DNA of 34,705 nt from Campylobacterota bacterium (GCA_011330645.1 DRQB01000024.1:1-34705); one strand, 5' to 3'. Counted from the stretch's first letter, positions 10,012 to 19,252 are shown. The notes: generated by a model not told the origin, from the sequence alone. Numbers and translations: made by a program.

Positions 10012-10921
10012 AAAATTCAAAATGTTTTGCCTCTCCTAGAATATATTTAAATTTGAACTGATACGGTCTTTTTCCGCTGCTAAAAGAGACCATGCATTCA
10101 CTTTGTTCTAAAAACTTCTTCCCAACAATGATATTTTGTCTACTCGCATAGTTTCCACCATTGTTATTGACAAAAGATTTTAAACTACCTTTTTGAGGGT
10201 CAGAGAACCAGTCTCGTACTGACTGTAAATCAATGTCAAAGAGTAAAGATATCAGTTCAGGTGAAGCATACTCTGCATCTATCTTTGCTGCATTACTGGA
10301 AAATGTAAAATACTTTTTCCAAGGTATACGACTGGCCTTAGGGTCATCAACTTCCAGTTGATAGCGACTGACAATTTGCGCAAATTGTTGATATGATATG
10401 ATACCGTTTTTTTGTCTGAGTCTGCTGTAGGATTTTTTTACAAATTTTTCTTTCCCCCCTGTGGCTTCAGCTAACATCTCTTGAAGTCTGGAAGCATCTT
10501 CTAAATCATACTCTTGCGCCAAAGTATCGAAGAGTGTTTGTGCAAAAGTGTATTGTGCACGCATGCCTTCTTGTCCTTCCTGTGCGAGCCAGTTTACATT
10601 GACCCCATTAGAGAGAGGCTGACAACGCAACATCATTTGAAACCTACCATCGGGAGAACGTAAAGGCACAGGGAATCTATAGAGCGTAGAAAAAAGTGTG
10701 TTTTTCTTTTTAAACTTATCAAAAACAGAAGTGATATCTGCATAATAGACATCTGCCTGTATCATGGCTGTGGTATCTGCAGAGTCGTGTTGTACCTCTT
10801 TAAAATAACTCAAAAGTACCATGGTCAAGGCGATAATAATAAGTAAAACAGAGAAGGTTACCATCAAGGCAAAACCACGTCTATGTGTAACAGTTATACC
10901 TTGTATCTTTGTTTTATCCAT
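9998..10921 (-). CDS. gspK: T2SS minor pseudopilin GspK-like
   Basis: RRG|FALMVTFSVLLII prepilin site lacking Glu+5 (GspK hallmark), about 300 aa, NGVNVNWL and IDAEYASPELI segments resembling the GspK INxN motifs. Confidence 0.75.
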   Translation of the reverse strand: MDKTKIQGITVTHRRGFALMVTFSVLLIIIALTMVLLSYFKEVQHDSADTTAMIQADVYYADITSVFDKFKKKNTLFSTLYRFPVPLRSPDGRFQMMLRCQPLSNGVNVNWLAQEGQEGMRAQYTFAQTLFDTLAQEYDLEDASRLQEMLAEATGGKEKFVKKSYSRLRQKNGIISYQQFAQIVSRYQLEVDDPKASRIPWKKYFTFSSNAAKIDAEYASPELISLLFDIDLQSVRDWFSDPQKGSLKSFVNNNGGNYASRQNIIVGKKFLEQSECMVSFSSGKRPYQFKFKYILGEAKHFEFYGKR

Positions 10922-10980
10922 CTAAAAGCTCTATTAAAGTAAAATTTGTAAAATTAAATCATAAATTATATTTTTGAAAT

Positions 10981-10989
10981 ATTATACCA
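10981..10989 (-). promoter_or_regulatory. Extended -10 promoter (TGGTATAAT) for the gspK...ATPase operon
   Basis: Plus-strand ATTATACCA reads TGnTATAAT on minus, 60 nt upstream of the gspK ATG. Confidence 0.65.
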
Positions 10990-11009
10990 AAGCAAACTAA
11001 AGGATGCAC

Positions 11010-11441
11010 ATGCATACAAATAATGGACTTAGAACAGGTTTCTCACTTATAGAACTTCTTATTGTTATCGTGATACTTGGAGGACTGATGGCTGTGGTAG
11101 CTCCTGGGCTGATGGACTCCCAAAGAAAAGCAACAAGAAATACTATGTGTCTTTCTATGAATGACCTCAAAGGCCGCTTTGAACAGTTTGAACTAGACAA
11201 TGGTACGCTGCCAGATACAGAAGAGGGTATGCAGGCACTTCTTGCAAACCCTGATACAGATAAATACCCTAACTACCCTGTTGTACCGTACTTGAAAAAA
11301 CCTAAAAAGGATGCATGGCATATGCCTTTTGTCTACATCAAAAAAGGTTCAGGTATGGAGATTATCTCTTTTGCTGCGGATAGAAAAGAAGGTGGAGAAG
11401 GCTGGGACAAAGACATCCTACTTAGTGAGTGTAACAAATAA
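11010..11441 (+). CDS. gspG: T2SS major pseudopilin GspG
   Basis: RTG|FSLIELLIVIVILGGL, FELDNGTLPDTEEGMQALL, YLKKPKKDAWHMPFVY, IISFAADRKEGGEGWDKDI; AAGGA at 11000-11004 favours ATG 11010. Confidence 0.93.
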   Translation: MHTNNGLRTGFSLIELLIVIVILGGLMAVVAPGLMDSQRKATRNTMCLSMNDLKGRFEQFELDNGTLPDTEEGMQALLANPDTDKYPNYPVVPYLKKPKKDAWHMPFVYIKKGSGMEIISFAADRKEGGEGWDKDILLSECNK

Positions 11442-11447
11442 TTTTTC

Positions 11448-11996
11448 ATGTCTCACACGAAAAGAGCTAGACTACGTCAAGGGTTTTCACTCATAGAACT
11501 CCTCATTGTTGTAGTCATTATCTCTTTGGTGTATGCCATAGGATTTTCCAACTTCAAAATACGAAAATCTGAACCCAAAGCCCTTACGCCTCTTAACCTC
11601 AAAGAAACCATTGTAAAGTCTGAATTTTTCAATGGGCATGCCACACTCATGTGTGTTGATAAATGCCGTACCTGTTACCTTAGAGAAGATGTCTCTGCTC
11701 CATTTAAAGCCTATGCAAACAAGATAGACCTCAGCAATATTAAAGCCTATGGCATCGATGAAGGTGACCGACTTCAACGTATAGAATATGAACGCTATAA
11801 TGATCAAAAGATTTGTCTTGTGATGGACTTCTACAACAACGGAAGCTCCACACAAATCATACTCGAAAACAAAGAAGGTGCCTACTTCCTGCCTGCTTTT
11901 TTTGGTGAACCCAAACGTTTTGACTCACCAGAAGATGCAAAAACCTACTGGCTCAAACAAAGTGATAGCGTCTCAAATTCTGGAGATTACTACTGA
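11448..11996 (+). CDS. gspH: T2SS minor pseudopilin, GspH-like
   Basis: RQG|FSLIELLIVVVII; FYNNGSS motif; directly follows gspG. Confidence 0.7.
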   Translation: MSHTKRARLRQGFSLIELLIVVVIISLVYAIGFSNFKIRKSEPKALTPLNLKETIVKSEFFNGHATLMCVDKCRTCYLREDVSAPFKAYANKIDLSNIKAYGIDEGDRLQRIEYERYNDQKICLVMDFYNNGSSTQIILENKEGAYFLPAFFGEPKRFDSPEDAKTYWLKQSDSVSNSGDYY

Positions 11997-12409
11997 TGAA
12001 AACGTTACGTCCTGCCTTTACCCTCATAGAGATTTTGATTGCTGTTTCTATCTTGTCTGTGGCGTTTGTCTATGTACTTAAAGTCCACAGTGACAATGCC
12101 AAATATATCGTCTATCTTTCAGAGAGAAATAAACACTCTTTGGAAGATTCTCTTTTTTTGGGTACCAATATTTTACGTTATCATAAAGATAAAAAAACAG
12201 CCTATGACATACTGGAACGTTATGTCAAAATCAAAGAAGATGAGAGTCGTACCATCCTCAAAAAAACAAGCAGAGAGATTTTTATCCCTGAAGAGATAAA
12301 AATCATCCCTCCCCCAGAAACACGAGGACCTACTGCCCTTGTCAATGAAGTCAAACTGAAAGACAAACACTCAGCCAATTATTGGCATTTTAAAATACAA
12401 GCATTTTAA
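11996..12409 (+). CDS. gspI: T2SS minor pseudopilin, GspI-like
   Basis: RPA|FTLIEILIAVSILS; 137 aa; TGATG coupling to gspH. Confidence 0.7.
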   Translation: MKTLRPAFTLIEILIAVSILSVAFVYVLKVHSDNAKYIVYLSERNKHSLEDSLFLGTNILRYHKDKKTAYDILERYVKIKEDESRTILKKTSREIFIPEEIKIIPPPETRGPTALVNEVKLKDKHSANYWHFKIQAF

Positions 12410-12894
12410 AAATCTTTCACCGTCCTAGAGGAAGTTTTAATAAAGGCAACAAAAAGCCCTAGCCCTGTAAGCATCAACAGGCTGTTGCCCAGTAAATCAT
12501 GAGACCAGTAAAAGTCTGCATGTCCCTCTCCTGTCTGGGTCACATACACTACCAGTAAGATGCGTACCACATTTACCACAGAGAACAGTACATACCCTAT
12601 GCCCATCCAGAGTACTTTATGCCATATCTTAGAGGGATAAGCCAAAATAGAAGCAAACAAAAAGAGTACAGGTATCACTCCATTACAGGCTTTGTTAATG
12701 ATGATCTTATAGTGAGGGTTTATCCAGATATCAACGCCTTGCAGTTGTTCGGGTTGTAAGAACATATTTAAGAAATACAAAGTGAGTTTCGTTTGCCCTT
12801 CATTGAGCAAGTCAGAGACCGCTGAAGTGGGTGCATAGAAAAACACAAATAAGAGTGCTAAAAAGAGAAAATATAGGGCTACAAATTGTTTCAT
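12406..12894 (-). CDS. Exosortase/archaeosortase-family membrane transpeptidase (short form, about 162 aa)
   Basis: IIINKACNG (Cys), VNVVRI (Arg), WSHD (His) triad in a 4-TM protein; start moved to ATG 12894, preceded by TGTTATAGT-N6. Confidence 0.8.
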   Translation of the reverse strand: MKQFVALYFLFLALLFVFFYAPTSAVSDLLNEGQTKLTLYFLNMFLQPEQLQGVDIWINPHYKIIINKACNGVIPVLFLFASILAYPSKIWHKVLWMGIGYVLFSVVNVVRILLVVYVTQTGEGHADFYWSHDLLGNSLLMLTGLGLFVAFIKTSSRTVKDF

Positions 12895-12900
12895 AAAGAG

Positions 12901-12933
12901 ACTATAACAAGATACAGCTAAAAAAGTTATAAT
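12901..12933. promoter_or_regulatory. Divergent promoters: TGnTATAGT (minus, 12901-12909, exosortase) and TATAAT (plus, 12928-12933, gspF)
   Basis: Both -10 boxes are visible in the 70-bp gap; AAGGA RBS precedes gspF. Confidence 0.6.
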
Positions 12934-12964
12934 ACTGCTAATTGATAATAAGGACTTCACTCAG

Positions 12965-14179
12965 ATGCTTTTTAAGTATAAAGGTTTTGACAAATCAGGT
13001 AAAAAGGTTAAAGGGACTGTAGATGCCTCTTCTGTAGAAGAAGCCGGACAGAAACTTAAAAACCGTGGTATTTACCATGAAGGACTTAAGCCAACCAAAG
13101 AGTTTTCACTTGAAGCTTTTTCAAAACGTCAAATGCCAGGGGATTTACTGGCTACGTTTTCTAAAGAACTCTCTTCCTACCTTAATTCAGGGATGACCAT
13201 ACTTACCGCCATCAAACTCCTTGAGAACCAACATGAGGGAGAAAAACGTTATGTCTCTTTTTTAAACTCAATCAAAACCATGATAGATGAAGGAAAATCA
13301 CTCTACCATGCACTCAATACTCAAAAAGTGTATGCCCTTCCTGACTTCTACTTGCAAAGTCTTAACGTAGCAGGACAAAGTGGTAAGATGGTCGAAGTAC
13401 TCACCAATATGGCAAACTTTTTCTCTGCACAGAACAAAGTCAAAAAACAAGTCAAAGGTGCTATGATTTACCCTAGTGTTATTTTTGTGGTTGCCATTTT
13501 AATCATCGCCTTTTTGCTTGTCTCCGTCGTACCTGAAATTACCAAAATCTTTGAAGACACAGACCAAGCATTGCCTCCCATCACACAGTTTGTTGTCAAT
13601 ACCAGTGATTTCCTTATCGCGCATTATGTTGCTATTTTAGTGTCTCTCATCGTCGCGGTGATTGTCTTTAAACTTGCCTATGCAAAAATAGATGCCTTTC
13701 ATAGAGTTGTCGATGCATGGATGATGAAACTGCCTCTGATAGGCACACTCATACAAAACCATGAACTGGGACGTTTCTCTTATATCCTTTCTCTCATGCT
13801 TAGTTCTGGTGTAGCCTACGCTCAAGCTGTACAACTTGCCAAAGCCACCTTTGGAAACTATGGACTTAGAGATCTTTTTGACAAAGCTTCCGTGAAAGTT
13901 GTAGAAGGAAATAAACTTTCAAACTCTTTACAACTCGTACGTGGGGTAAAACTCAAACGCAATTTTATGCAGACCCTTGCACTAGGAGAAGAGTCCAGTG
14001 AAGTCGCAGAAGTACTTAGCAATACCTCTGCTCTCTATGCCGAGGAAAATGATGATAAGCTTAAAATACTACTCAGTCTTCTAAACCCTTTTATGATGCT
14101 TCTTATTGGTGGTTTTGTGGGTGTGATTATCGCAGCGATGATGCTCCCAATTTTTACTATGACACAAGGATTACAATAA
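12965..14179 (+). CDS. gspF: T2SS inner-membrane platform protein GspF
   Basis: FKYKGFDKSGKKVKGTVDA start, FSKELSSYLNSG, AMIYP, two T2SSF repeats, LLNPFMMLLIGGFVGVIIAAMMLPIF. Confidence 0.95.
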   Translation: MLFKYKGFDKSGKKVKGTVDASSVEEAGQKLKNRGIYHEGLKPTKEFSLEAFSKRQMPGDLLATFSKELSSYLNSGMTILTAIKLLENQHEGEKRYVSFLNSIKTMIDEGKSLYHALNTQKVYALPDFYLQSLNVAGQSGKMVEVLTNMANFFSAQNKVKKQVKGAMIYPSVIFVVAILIIAFLLVSVVPEITKIFEDTDQALPPITQFVVNTSDFLIAHYVAILVSLIVAVIVFKLAYAKIDAFHRVVDAWMMKLPLIGTLIQNHELGRFSYILSLMLSSGVAYAQAVQLAKATFGNYGLRDLFDKASVKVVEGNKLSNSLQLVRGVKLKRNFMQTLALGEESSEVAEVLSNTSALYAEENDDKLKILLSLLNPFMMLLIGGFVGVIIAAMMLPIFTMTQGLQ

Positions 14180-14935
14180 ATGACACATCTTACAAAAATA
14201 ACACTTCTTTCGCTACTGCTTTTTCGCCCTCTTTTTGGAGACATCATTGGTGGAGAGGTTTCTTTAGGATACTATAACCATGCACCTAGTGGGAATGCCC
14301 TCTATACGACTCCCCTAACCGGCACAGCAAGTTCTGCTGACTTAGAAGATACCTTAGGATGGAGTGATGCACAAGATGTATTCCTCAAAGCCTACTTTGA
14401 ACACCCTTTACCTTTTATCCCCAATGTAAAACTAGGATTCACCAAACTTTCACATGACGGAACAGGGGCAGCTTCTCTCTTTTCATGGGGGGACATCGTC
14501 AACTTCTCAGGAGAGATAAACAGTCAGTTAGACTTACGTATGACAGATGTGACACTCTACTACGAACTGCTTGACAATTGGATAGAATTAGATGCAGGAC
14601 TCACGGGAAGATATCTCAGTGGAGACATCCAAGTAGATACTGTGCTGGAAAGTGAGAACGTAAGCTTTTCATCATGGATTCCTATGCTCTATGCCAAAGC
14701 ACGTTTTAACGTGCCTTCTACAGACTTCTCTTTACAATTTGAAGCCAATGGTATCTCTTATCAAGGTGCTACCTTTTATGACTATGAACTCTCTGCACGC
14801 TATACACTCGCAGTAGGTCTAGGGCTAGAAGCCGGATACAAAGCTTTTCATGTAGACAGCGATGACCTAAGTTCAGGACTTGAATCCAATATGGACTTCA
14901 CCGGAGCCTATGCTGCTGTGGTATGGGATTTCTAA
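14180..14935 (+). CDS. Outer-membrane beta-barrel protein (TIGR04219-like)
   Basis: Signal peptide, YFEHPLPFIPNVKL, DVTLYYELLDN, IPMLYA motifs, C-terminal aromatic beta-signal (VWDF). Confidence 0.8.
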   Translation: MTHLTKITLLSLLLFRPLFGDIIGGEVSLGYYNHAPSGNALYTTPLTGTASSADLEDTLGWSDAQDVFLKAYFEHPLPFIPNVKLGFTKLSHDGTGAASLFSWGDIVNFSGEINSQLDLRMTDVTLYYELLDNWIELDAGLTGRYLSGDIQVDTVLESENVSFSSWIPMLYAKARFNVPSTDFSLQFEANGISYQGATFYDYELSARYTLAVGLGLEAGYKAFHVDSDDLSSGLESNMDFTGAYAAVVWDF

Positions 14936-15429
14936 TGGCAAAACAATCCTCCTCTAAAAAACAAAGATTTAGAGATATCAAACAGGGTAAGGAAGCGCAC
15001 AAAAAGCCCTCTACGCAATACAAGTATCCTTATGCAAAAGTTTCTGAAAAAATGAAAGCTTTTCTGACAGATAGCTTTATGCTCATGATGCCTATCATGT
15101 ATATAGTAGTCTATCTCATTATGGATGGACGTGAAGGGTTTGGAGAACATAAACTTTTAGGCTGGATTGCCATTTTTATCCCTCTTATTATTGTGCAAAC
15201 CCTCTTTATGACTAAAACGGCACAAACACCTGGCTATCGTGCTTATAACTTAAAACTCATCGATGAAAACACAGGTGAAAAGCCTACGCTGTTTATTATA
15301 TTGTTTCGAAACTTTTGTGCGATGTTGTCTTTTTTTACTTTTTTTGGTTGGACAATGATGTTCTTTAGAAAAGATGCCAAAACATTGCATGATTTACTCT
15401 CTCGTACAGCTGTTATACGTAAATCATGA
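14935..15429 (+). CDS. RDD-family membrane protein
   Basis: KAFLTD, AQTPGYRAYNLKL, KTLHDLLSRTAVI; start by TAATG overlap at 14935. Confidence 0.85.
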   Translation: MAKQSSSKKQRFRDIKQGKEAHKKPSTQYKYPYAKVSEKMKAFLTDSFMLMMPIMYIVVYLIMDGREGFGEHKLLGWIAIFIPLIIVQTLFMTKTAQTPGYRAYNLKLIDENTGEKPTLFIILFRNFCAMLSFFTFFGWTMMFFRKDAKTLHDLLSRTAVIRKS

Positions 15430-16556
15430 ATTTCAAAACCTCTCTGCTCTCTTCTTTTTCACTTCTTCTTGCTGCTTACTATTTCTTTTATTTTGCGCTG
15501 GTAGGAGTGTATGTTATTTTTATGCCTAAAGTGCTCTTGGAGCTTGGGTATACCCCTGTTGAAGTGGGGATTATCTATGCAGCAGCACCTTTTATGCGTT
15601 TTTTGCTTCCTTTTGTTTTTCGACATGCTATTGCACTGACGCCTAAAGTGTATCTGCTTGCTTTGGCATTAACCTTTGTAGCAACCCTTCTTTTTTTAGC
15701 AACCGTAGAAGATTTTTGGCTGTATCTCTTGGCAAATCTTCTCTTTGGTGCAGCGATGGGTGTTTCACTTCCTTATGTTGAAACCATCGCCCTAGCTTCC
15801 CTTTCCAAGCATCACTATGGCAAGGTACGCCTTTGGGGTTCATTGGGTTTTATGGGTATTGCTTTATGGTTAGGTAAAATCCTCAGCACACCCCATGAAG
15901 CACTCTATTATCTTTCTTCTATGGCTCTGTTGACACTTTTTTTTGGTGCATTTTTAATCCATCATGACCTTAGCTCTCATGATACAGTACAAGATGATGC
16001 CTCGTTTTCACTTACAAAATATTGGGCATTTTGGGTATCTATTTTTCTGATGCAAGTAGGATTTGGCGGATTTTATAACTTCTTTACAATTTATGAAACT
16101 TCTCATGGTATCTCTTTGGAGATGACATCATGGATGTGGAGTTTTGGTGTTATTTGTGAAATTGTTATGCTTTACTTCCAGGGACCATTGTTACAAAAAA
16201 ATCTACTTAACATTTTACAGTTTGCCACGATAGTGACAGCTTTTAGATGGCTCATACTCTATCTTTTTCCTGACTCAATCCTTCTTACTTTTGCATCTCA
16301 ATCACTTCATGCAGTGAGTTTTGCACTCTATCATACCGCAGCAATCACCTACGTATTTTCTCTCTATGCACAAAAAAAGTTGGCCCAACAGTTCTTTTTA
16401 GGTATTGCCTTTGGTTTAGGAGGGTCAATAGGAGCCATACTCTCAGGAAAAATCTATGGAGAGTATCTCTTTCTTATAGAGGCAGGTATCACCTTTTGTG
16501 CATTTGTAGTTCTTTGGATACATCAAACACGGAAAAGGAGTCTTCATGATGCTTGA
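15426..16556 (+). CDS. MFS transporter (MFS_1-like, HcaT-related)
   Basis: About 12 hydrophobic helices; YGKVRLWGSLGF and QSLHAVSFALYH motifs. Substrate unknown. Confidence 0.85.
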   Translation: MNFKTSLLSSFSLLLAAYYFFYFALVGVYVIFMPKVLLELGYTPVEVGIIYAAAPFMRFLLPFVFRHAIALTPKVYLLALALTFVATLLFLATVEDFWLYLLANLLFGAAMGVSLPYVETIALASLSKHHYGKVRLWGSLGFMGIALWLGKILSTPHEALYYLSSMALLTLFFGAFLIHHDLSSHDTVQDDASFSLTKYWAFWVSIFLMQVGFGGFYNFFTIYETSHGISLEMTSWMWSFGVICEIVMLYFQGPLLQKNLLNILQFATIVTAFRWLILYLFPDSILLTFASQSLHAVSFALYHTAAITYVFSLYAQKKLAQQFFLGIAFGLGGSIGAILSGKIYGEYLFLIEAGITFCAFVVLWIHQTRKRSLHDA

Positions 16557-17121
16557 TATCCCAGCAGTCATCTTTGCAGGAGGAAAAAGTTCTCGTATGG
16601 GAAAAGATAAAGCACTTCTGCCTTTTAGAGGGTACAAAACACTAAGTGAGTATCAATATACCAAACTCTCTAAACTCTTTACAGATGTGTATCTCTCTAG
16701 TAAAGAAAATAAATTTAATTTTCACTCTCAGACCATCACTGACATTGATGAGACTTCCTCTCCGTTGGTTGCATTGGTTTCTTGCTTTGATGTTTTGGAG
16801 GCAGAAACTGTTTTTGTATTGAGTGTGGATGCCCCTCTGGTAGACAAAGAGGTTATCAAACGACTTCATGCGCAAAGTATATTGCCAGAGAATAAAAATA
16901 AGGATGCCATTGTTGCACAAAGTCCAAAGGGTGTACAACCACTCTGTGGATTTTATAGACGTACGATACTCCCTTTAGCGCAGACGTATCTTGCCAAGGA
17001 GAATCACAAACTCACCGCACTGCTTCGTGAGGCAAATACGCACTATGTCCCTTTTGAAGAGGAGCTGCCATTTACAAATCTAAATACCATGCCCCAATAT
17101 CAAGATTTACTCTTTCGATAA
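16546..17121 (+). CDS. mobA: Molybdenum cofactor guanylyltransferase
   Basis: VIFAGGKSSRMGKDKALL, VLSVDAP, QPLCGFY, FTNLNT. Confidence 0.92.
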   Translation: MMLDIPAVIFAGGKSSRMGKDKALLPFRGYKTLSEYQYTKLSKLFTDVYLSSKENKFNFHSQTITDIDETSSPLVALVSCFDVLEAETVFVLSVDAPLVDKEVIKRLHAQSILPENKNKDAIVAQSPKGVQPLCGFYRRTILPLAQTYLAKENHKLTALLREANTHYVPFEEELPFTNLNTMPQYQDLLFR

Positions 17122-18039
17122 TTCAACAGCACACAGTTTTTGATCACTATCAAGCATCTGTGTCATAAGCTTTTTAGAGAAAAATACAAATTTTTCGAAA
17201 AGTGCAGAATGGTATTTATCTTTATGATGTATCATCAAAAAGTCTCTCTTACACTCAAAGTTTTTCACAGCTACTTGAAAAAGTTTTTTCTCTTGCAGTT
17301 CTTTATTCACTGAAATCTTAGAGATACATGTTAAACACTCTCGATTCATCAAAATACTTTTGATAGACTCGGTATGTCCAAGTTCTAAAAATATATTCAA
17401 ATCATCTACTTTCTCTTTGATATAATCTAAAAATACTTCTCTTGTTCCTGAACCCTCTTCTCTGAGTACCCAACGCATAGATGCCAATTCATCAATATAT
17501 GCGGGTGCAGCATTTGCAATATTTTCATTTTCTGTCACAATAAGAAGTTCATCAATCCCAATCTTTTCTTTAATAATATCTGAACCCGATACAAAACCTT
17601 CCACAAAACCAATATCAATACTTCCTTCCTGAATCATATTGGCAATGTCTTGTGTGTTACCTTCTTTTAGTGTAATCTTTACATCAGGATAAGAACTCAT
17701 GTAAGAACAGATAATTGAAGGCATTAAGTAGTCCACAATCGTTGTACTTGCACCGACACGTATCATCCCTTTATTTTCAGAATTTTTAAATTCATACTCT
17801 ATATCAGATAGTTTTTTAAAAATAGGATCTATCTCTTTATGAAAGGCTCGCCCAACTTCATTCAAGACTAATTTTTTATTGATTCTATCAAAAACAGGAC
17901 GTCCCAAAATACTCTCAAGCTCTTTAATAGACATGGAAATAGCAGACTGACTCAAATGCATATCCTTTGCAACATTTGTCAAGTGTCCAGAGGCAACCAC
18001 ATTTAAAAATATTTCCATTTGTCGTAAAGTTAATTTCAT
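17107..18039 (-). CDS. LysR-family regulator, YeiE/CysL type
   Basis: LTLRQMEIF...LSQSAIS HTH, VGASTTI, WVLREEGSGTRE, LELGHTESIK; divergent from a YeiH gene. Confidence 0.9.
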   Translation of the reverse strand: MKLTLRQMEIFLNVVASGHLTNVAKDMHLSQSAISMSIKELESILGRPVFDRINKKLVLNEVGRAFHKEIDPIFKKLSDIEYEFKNSENKGMIRVGASTTIVDYLMPSIICSYMSSYPDVKITLKEGNTQDIANMIQEGSIDIGFVEGFVSGSDIIKEKIGIDELLIVTENENIANAAPAYIDELASMRWVLREEGSGTREVFLDYIKEKVDDLNIFLELGHTESIKSILMNRECLTCISKISVNKELQEKKLFQVAVKNFECKRDFLMIHHKDKYHSALFEKFVFFSKKLMTQMLDSDQKLCAVELSKE

Positions 18040-18159
18040 TTTTTCTCTTTGTTCATTATTAATGATTATTATAAGTAATTATATTTATTTGGACATTATA
18101 TCAAAATTATAGTATAGTTCCAAAAAAATAATCAAATAATTTGATGTAAAAGGATAAAT

Positions 18160-19221
18160 ATGGCTTTTTCTCCACAAAATCGTAAAGGTACCCTTAGTGG
18201 TATACTTTTTGTCGCTATTTTTGCAGCTGCTGCAACTTATATTGCTGGTTTAGGTCCCGTGAAAGCACTAGGTCTTTCTCCTCTTGTTATAGGTATCGTT
18301 ATGGGTATCTTTTATGCAAATACCTTGCATAACCAAACTCCTAAAGAGTGGCAAAGTGGTATTACTTTTTCAGGAAAGAAAATCTTACGTTTTGCTATTG
18401 TCGTGTATGGTTTTAGAATTACCTTTCAACAAATTGCCGAAGTAGGGATGGAGGGATTCCTAGTCTCTCTTATTATGCTTAGTTCTACACTGATACTTGG
18501 TTCATGGCTTGGACATAAAGTTTTTGGTATGGAAAAAGATACTTCTATTTTGACTGCTTCTGGTGCAGCTGTATGTGGTGCAGCTGCTGTACTGGCAACA
18601 GAACCTGTACTCAAAGCGGAAGAGTACAAAACAGCTATCGCAGTATCAATGGTTGTACTTTTTGGAACCATCTCTATGTTCCTCTACCCTGTACTTTACA
18701 CCACCATTATTGAACATGCAACAGGATTTTTACATATGGATCCACGTACATTTGGTATCTATGTAGGGGGCACTATTCATGAAGTTGCTCAAGTAGTAGC
18801 AGTACCTGCATCCGTGCCAGGAAGTCCTAAAGAGATGGCAGATGCCGCAGTGATAGTAAAAATGACACGTGTGATTATGATAGCACCAATGCTTATCATC
18901 CTTGGTCTTTACCTCGCTTGGGCAGCCAAAAGAGAAGGTGGAGAAAGAAATGAAAAAACAAAACTTGTTATCCCTTGGTTTGCAGTATACTTCATCATGG
19001 TGGCAGGATTTAACTCATTTCACCTTATCCCACAAAATATTGTAGATATGATTAATGAAGTAGATACCTTCTTGCTGACTATGGCAATGACTGCACTGGG
19101 TATGGGAACTATCTTTGCCAAGTTCAAAGGTTTAGGACTCGCTCCTGTCTATACTGCTACAGGAATGTTTGTCTGGCTAGTGATTGGTGGTTTTGTTGTT
19201 ACAAAACTTATTTGTATGTAA
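18160..19221 (+). CDS. YeiH/UPF0324 family membrane protein (putative sulfite/sulfate exporter)
   Basis: KILRFAIVVYGF, GAAVCGAAAV, GGTIHEVAQV, VKMTRV, AMTALG. Confidence 0.9.
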   Translation: MAFSPQNRKGTLSGILFVAIFAAAATYIAGLGPVKALGLSPLVIGIVMGIFYANTLHNQTPKEWQSGITFSGKKILRFAIVVYGFRITFQQIAEVGMEGFLVSLIMLSSTLILGSWLGHKVFGMEKDTSILTASGAAVCGAAAVLATEPVLKAEEYKTAIAVSMVVLFGTISMFLYPVLYTTIIEHATGFLHMDPRTFGIYVGGTIHEVAQVVAVPASVPGSPKEMADAAVIVKMTRVIMIAPMLIILGLYLAWAAKREGGERNEKTKLVIPWFAVYFIMVAGFNSFHLIPQNIVDMINEVDTFLLTMAMTALGMGTIFAKFKGLGLAPVYTATGMFVWLVIGGFVVTKLICM

Positions 19222-19229
19222 CACCATTT

Positions 19230-19252
19230 GTAAGTAGGCAGAGCCTACTTAC
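19230..19252. terminator. Perfect 10-bp hairpin between convergent yeiH and comM
   Basis: GTAAGTAGGC-AGA-GCCTACTTAC; overlaps the comM stop; no strong U-tract. Confidence 0.55.
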
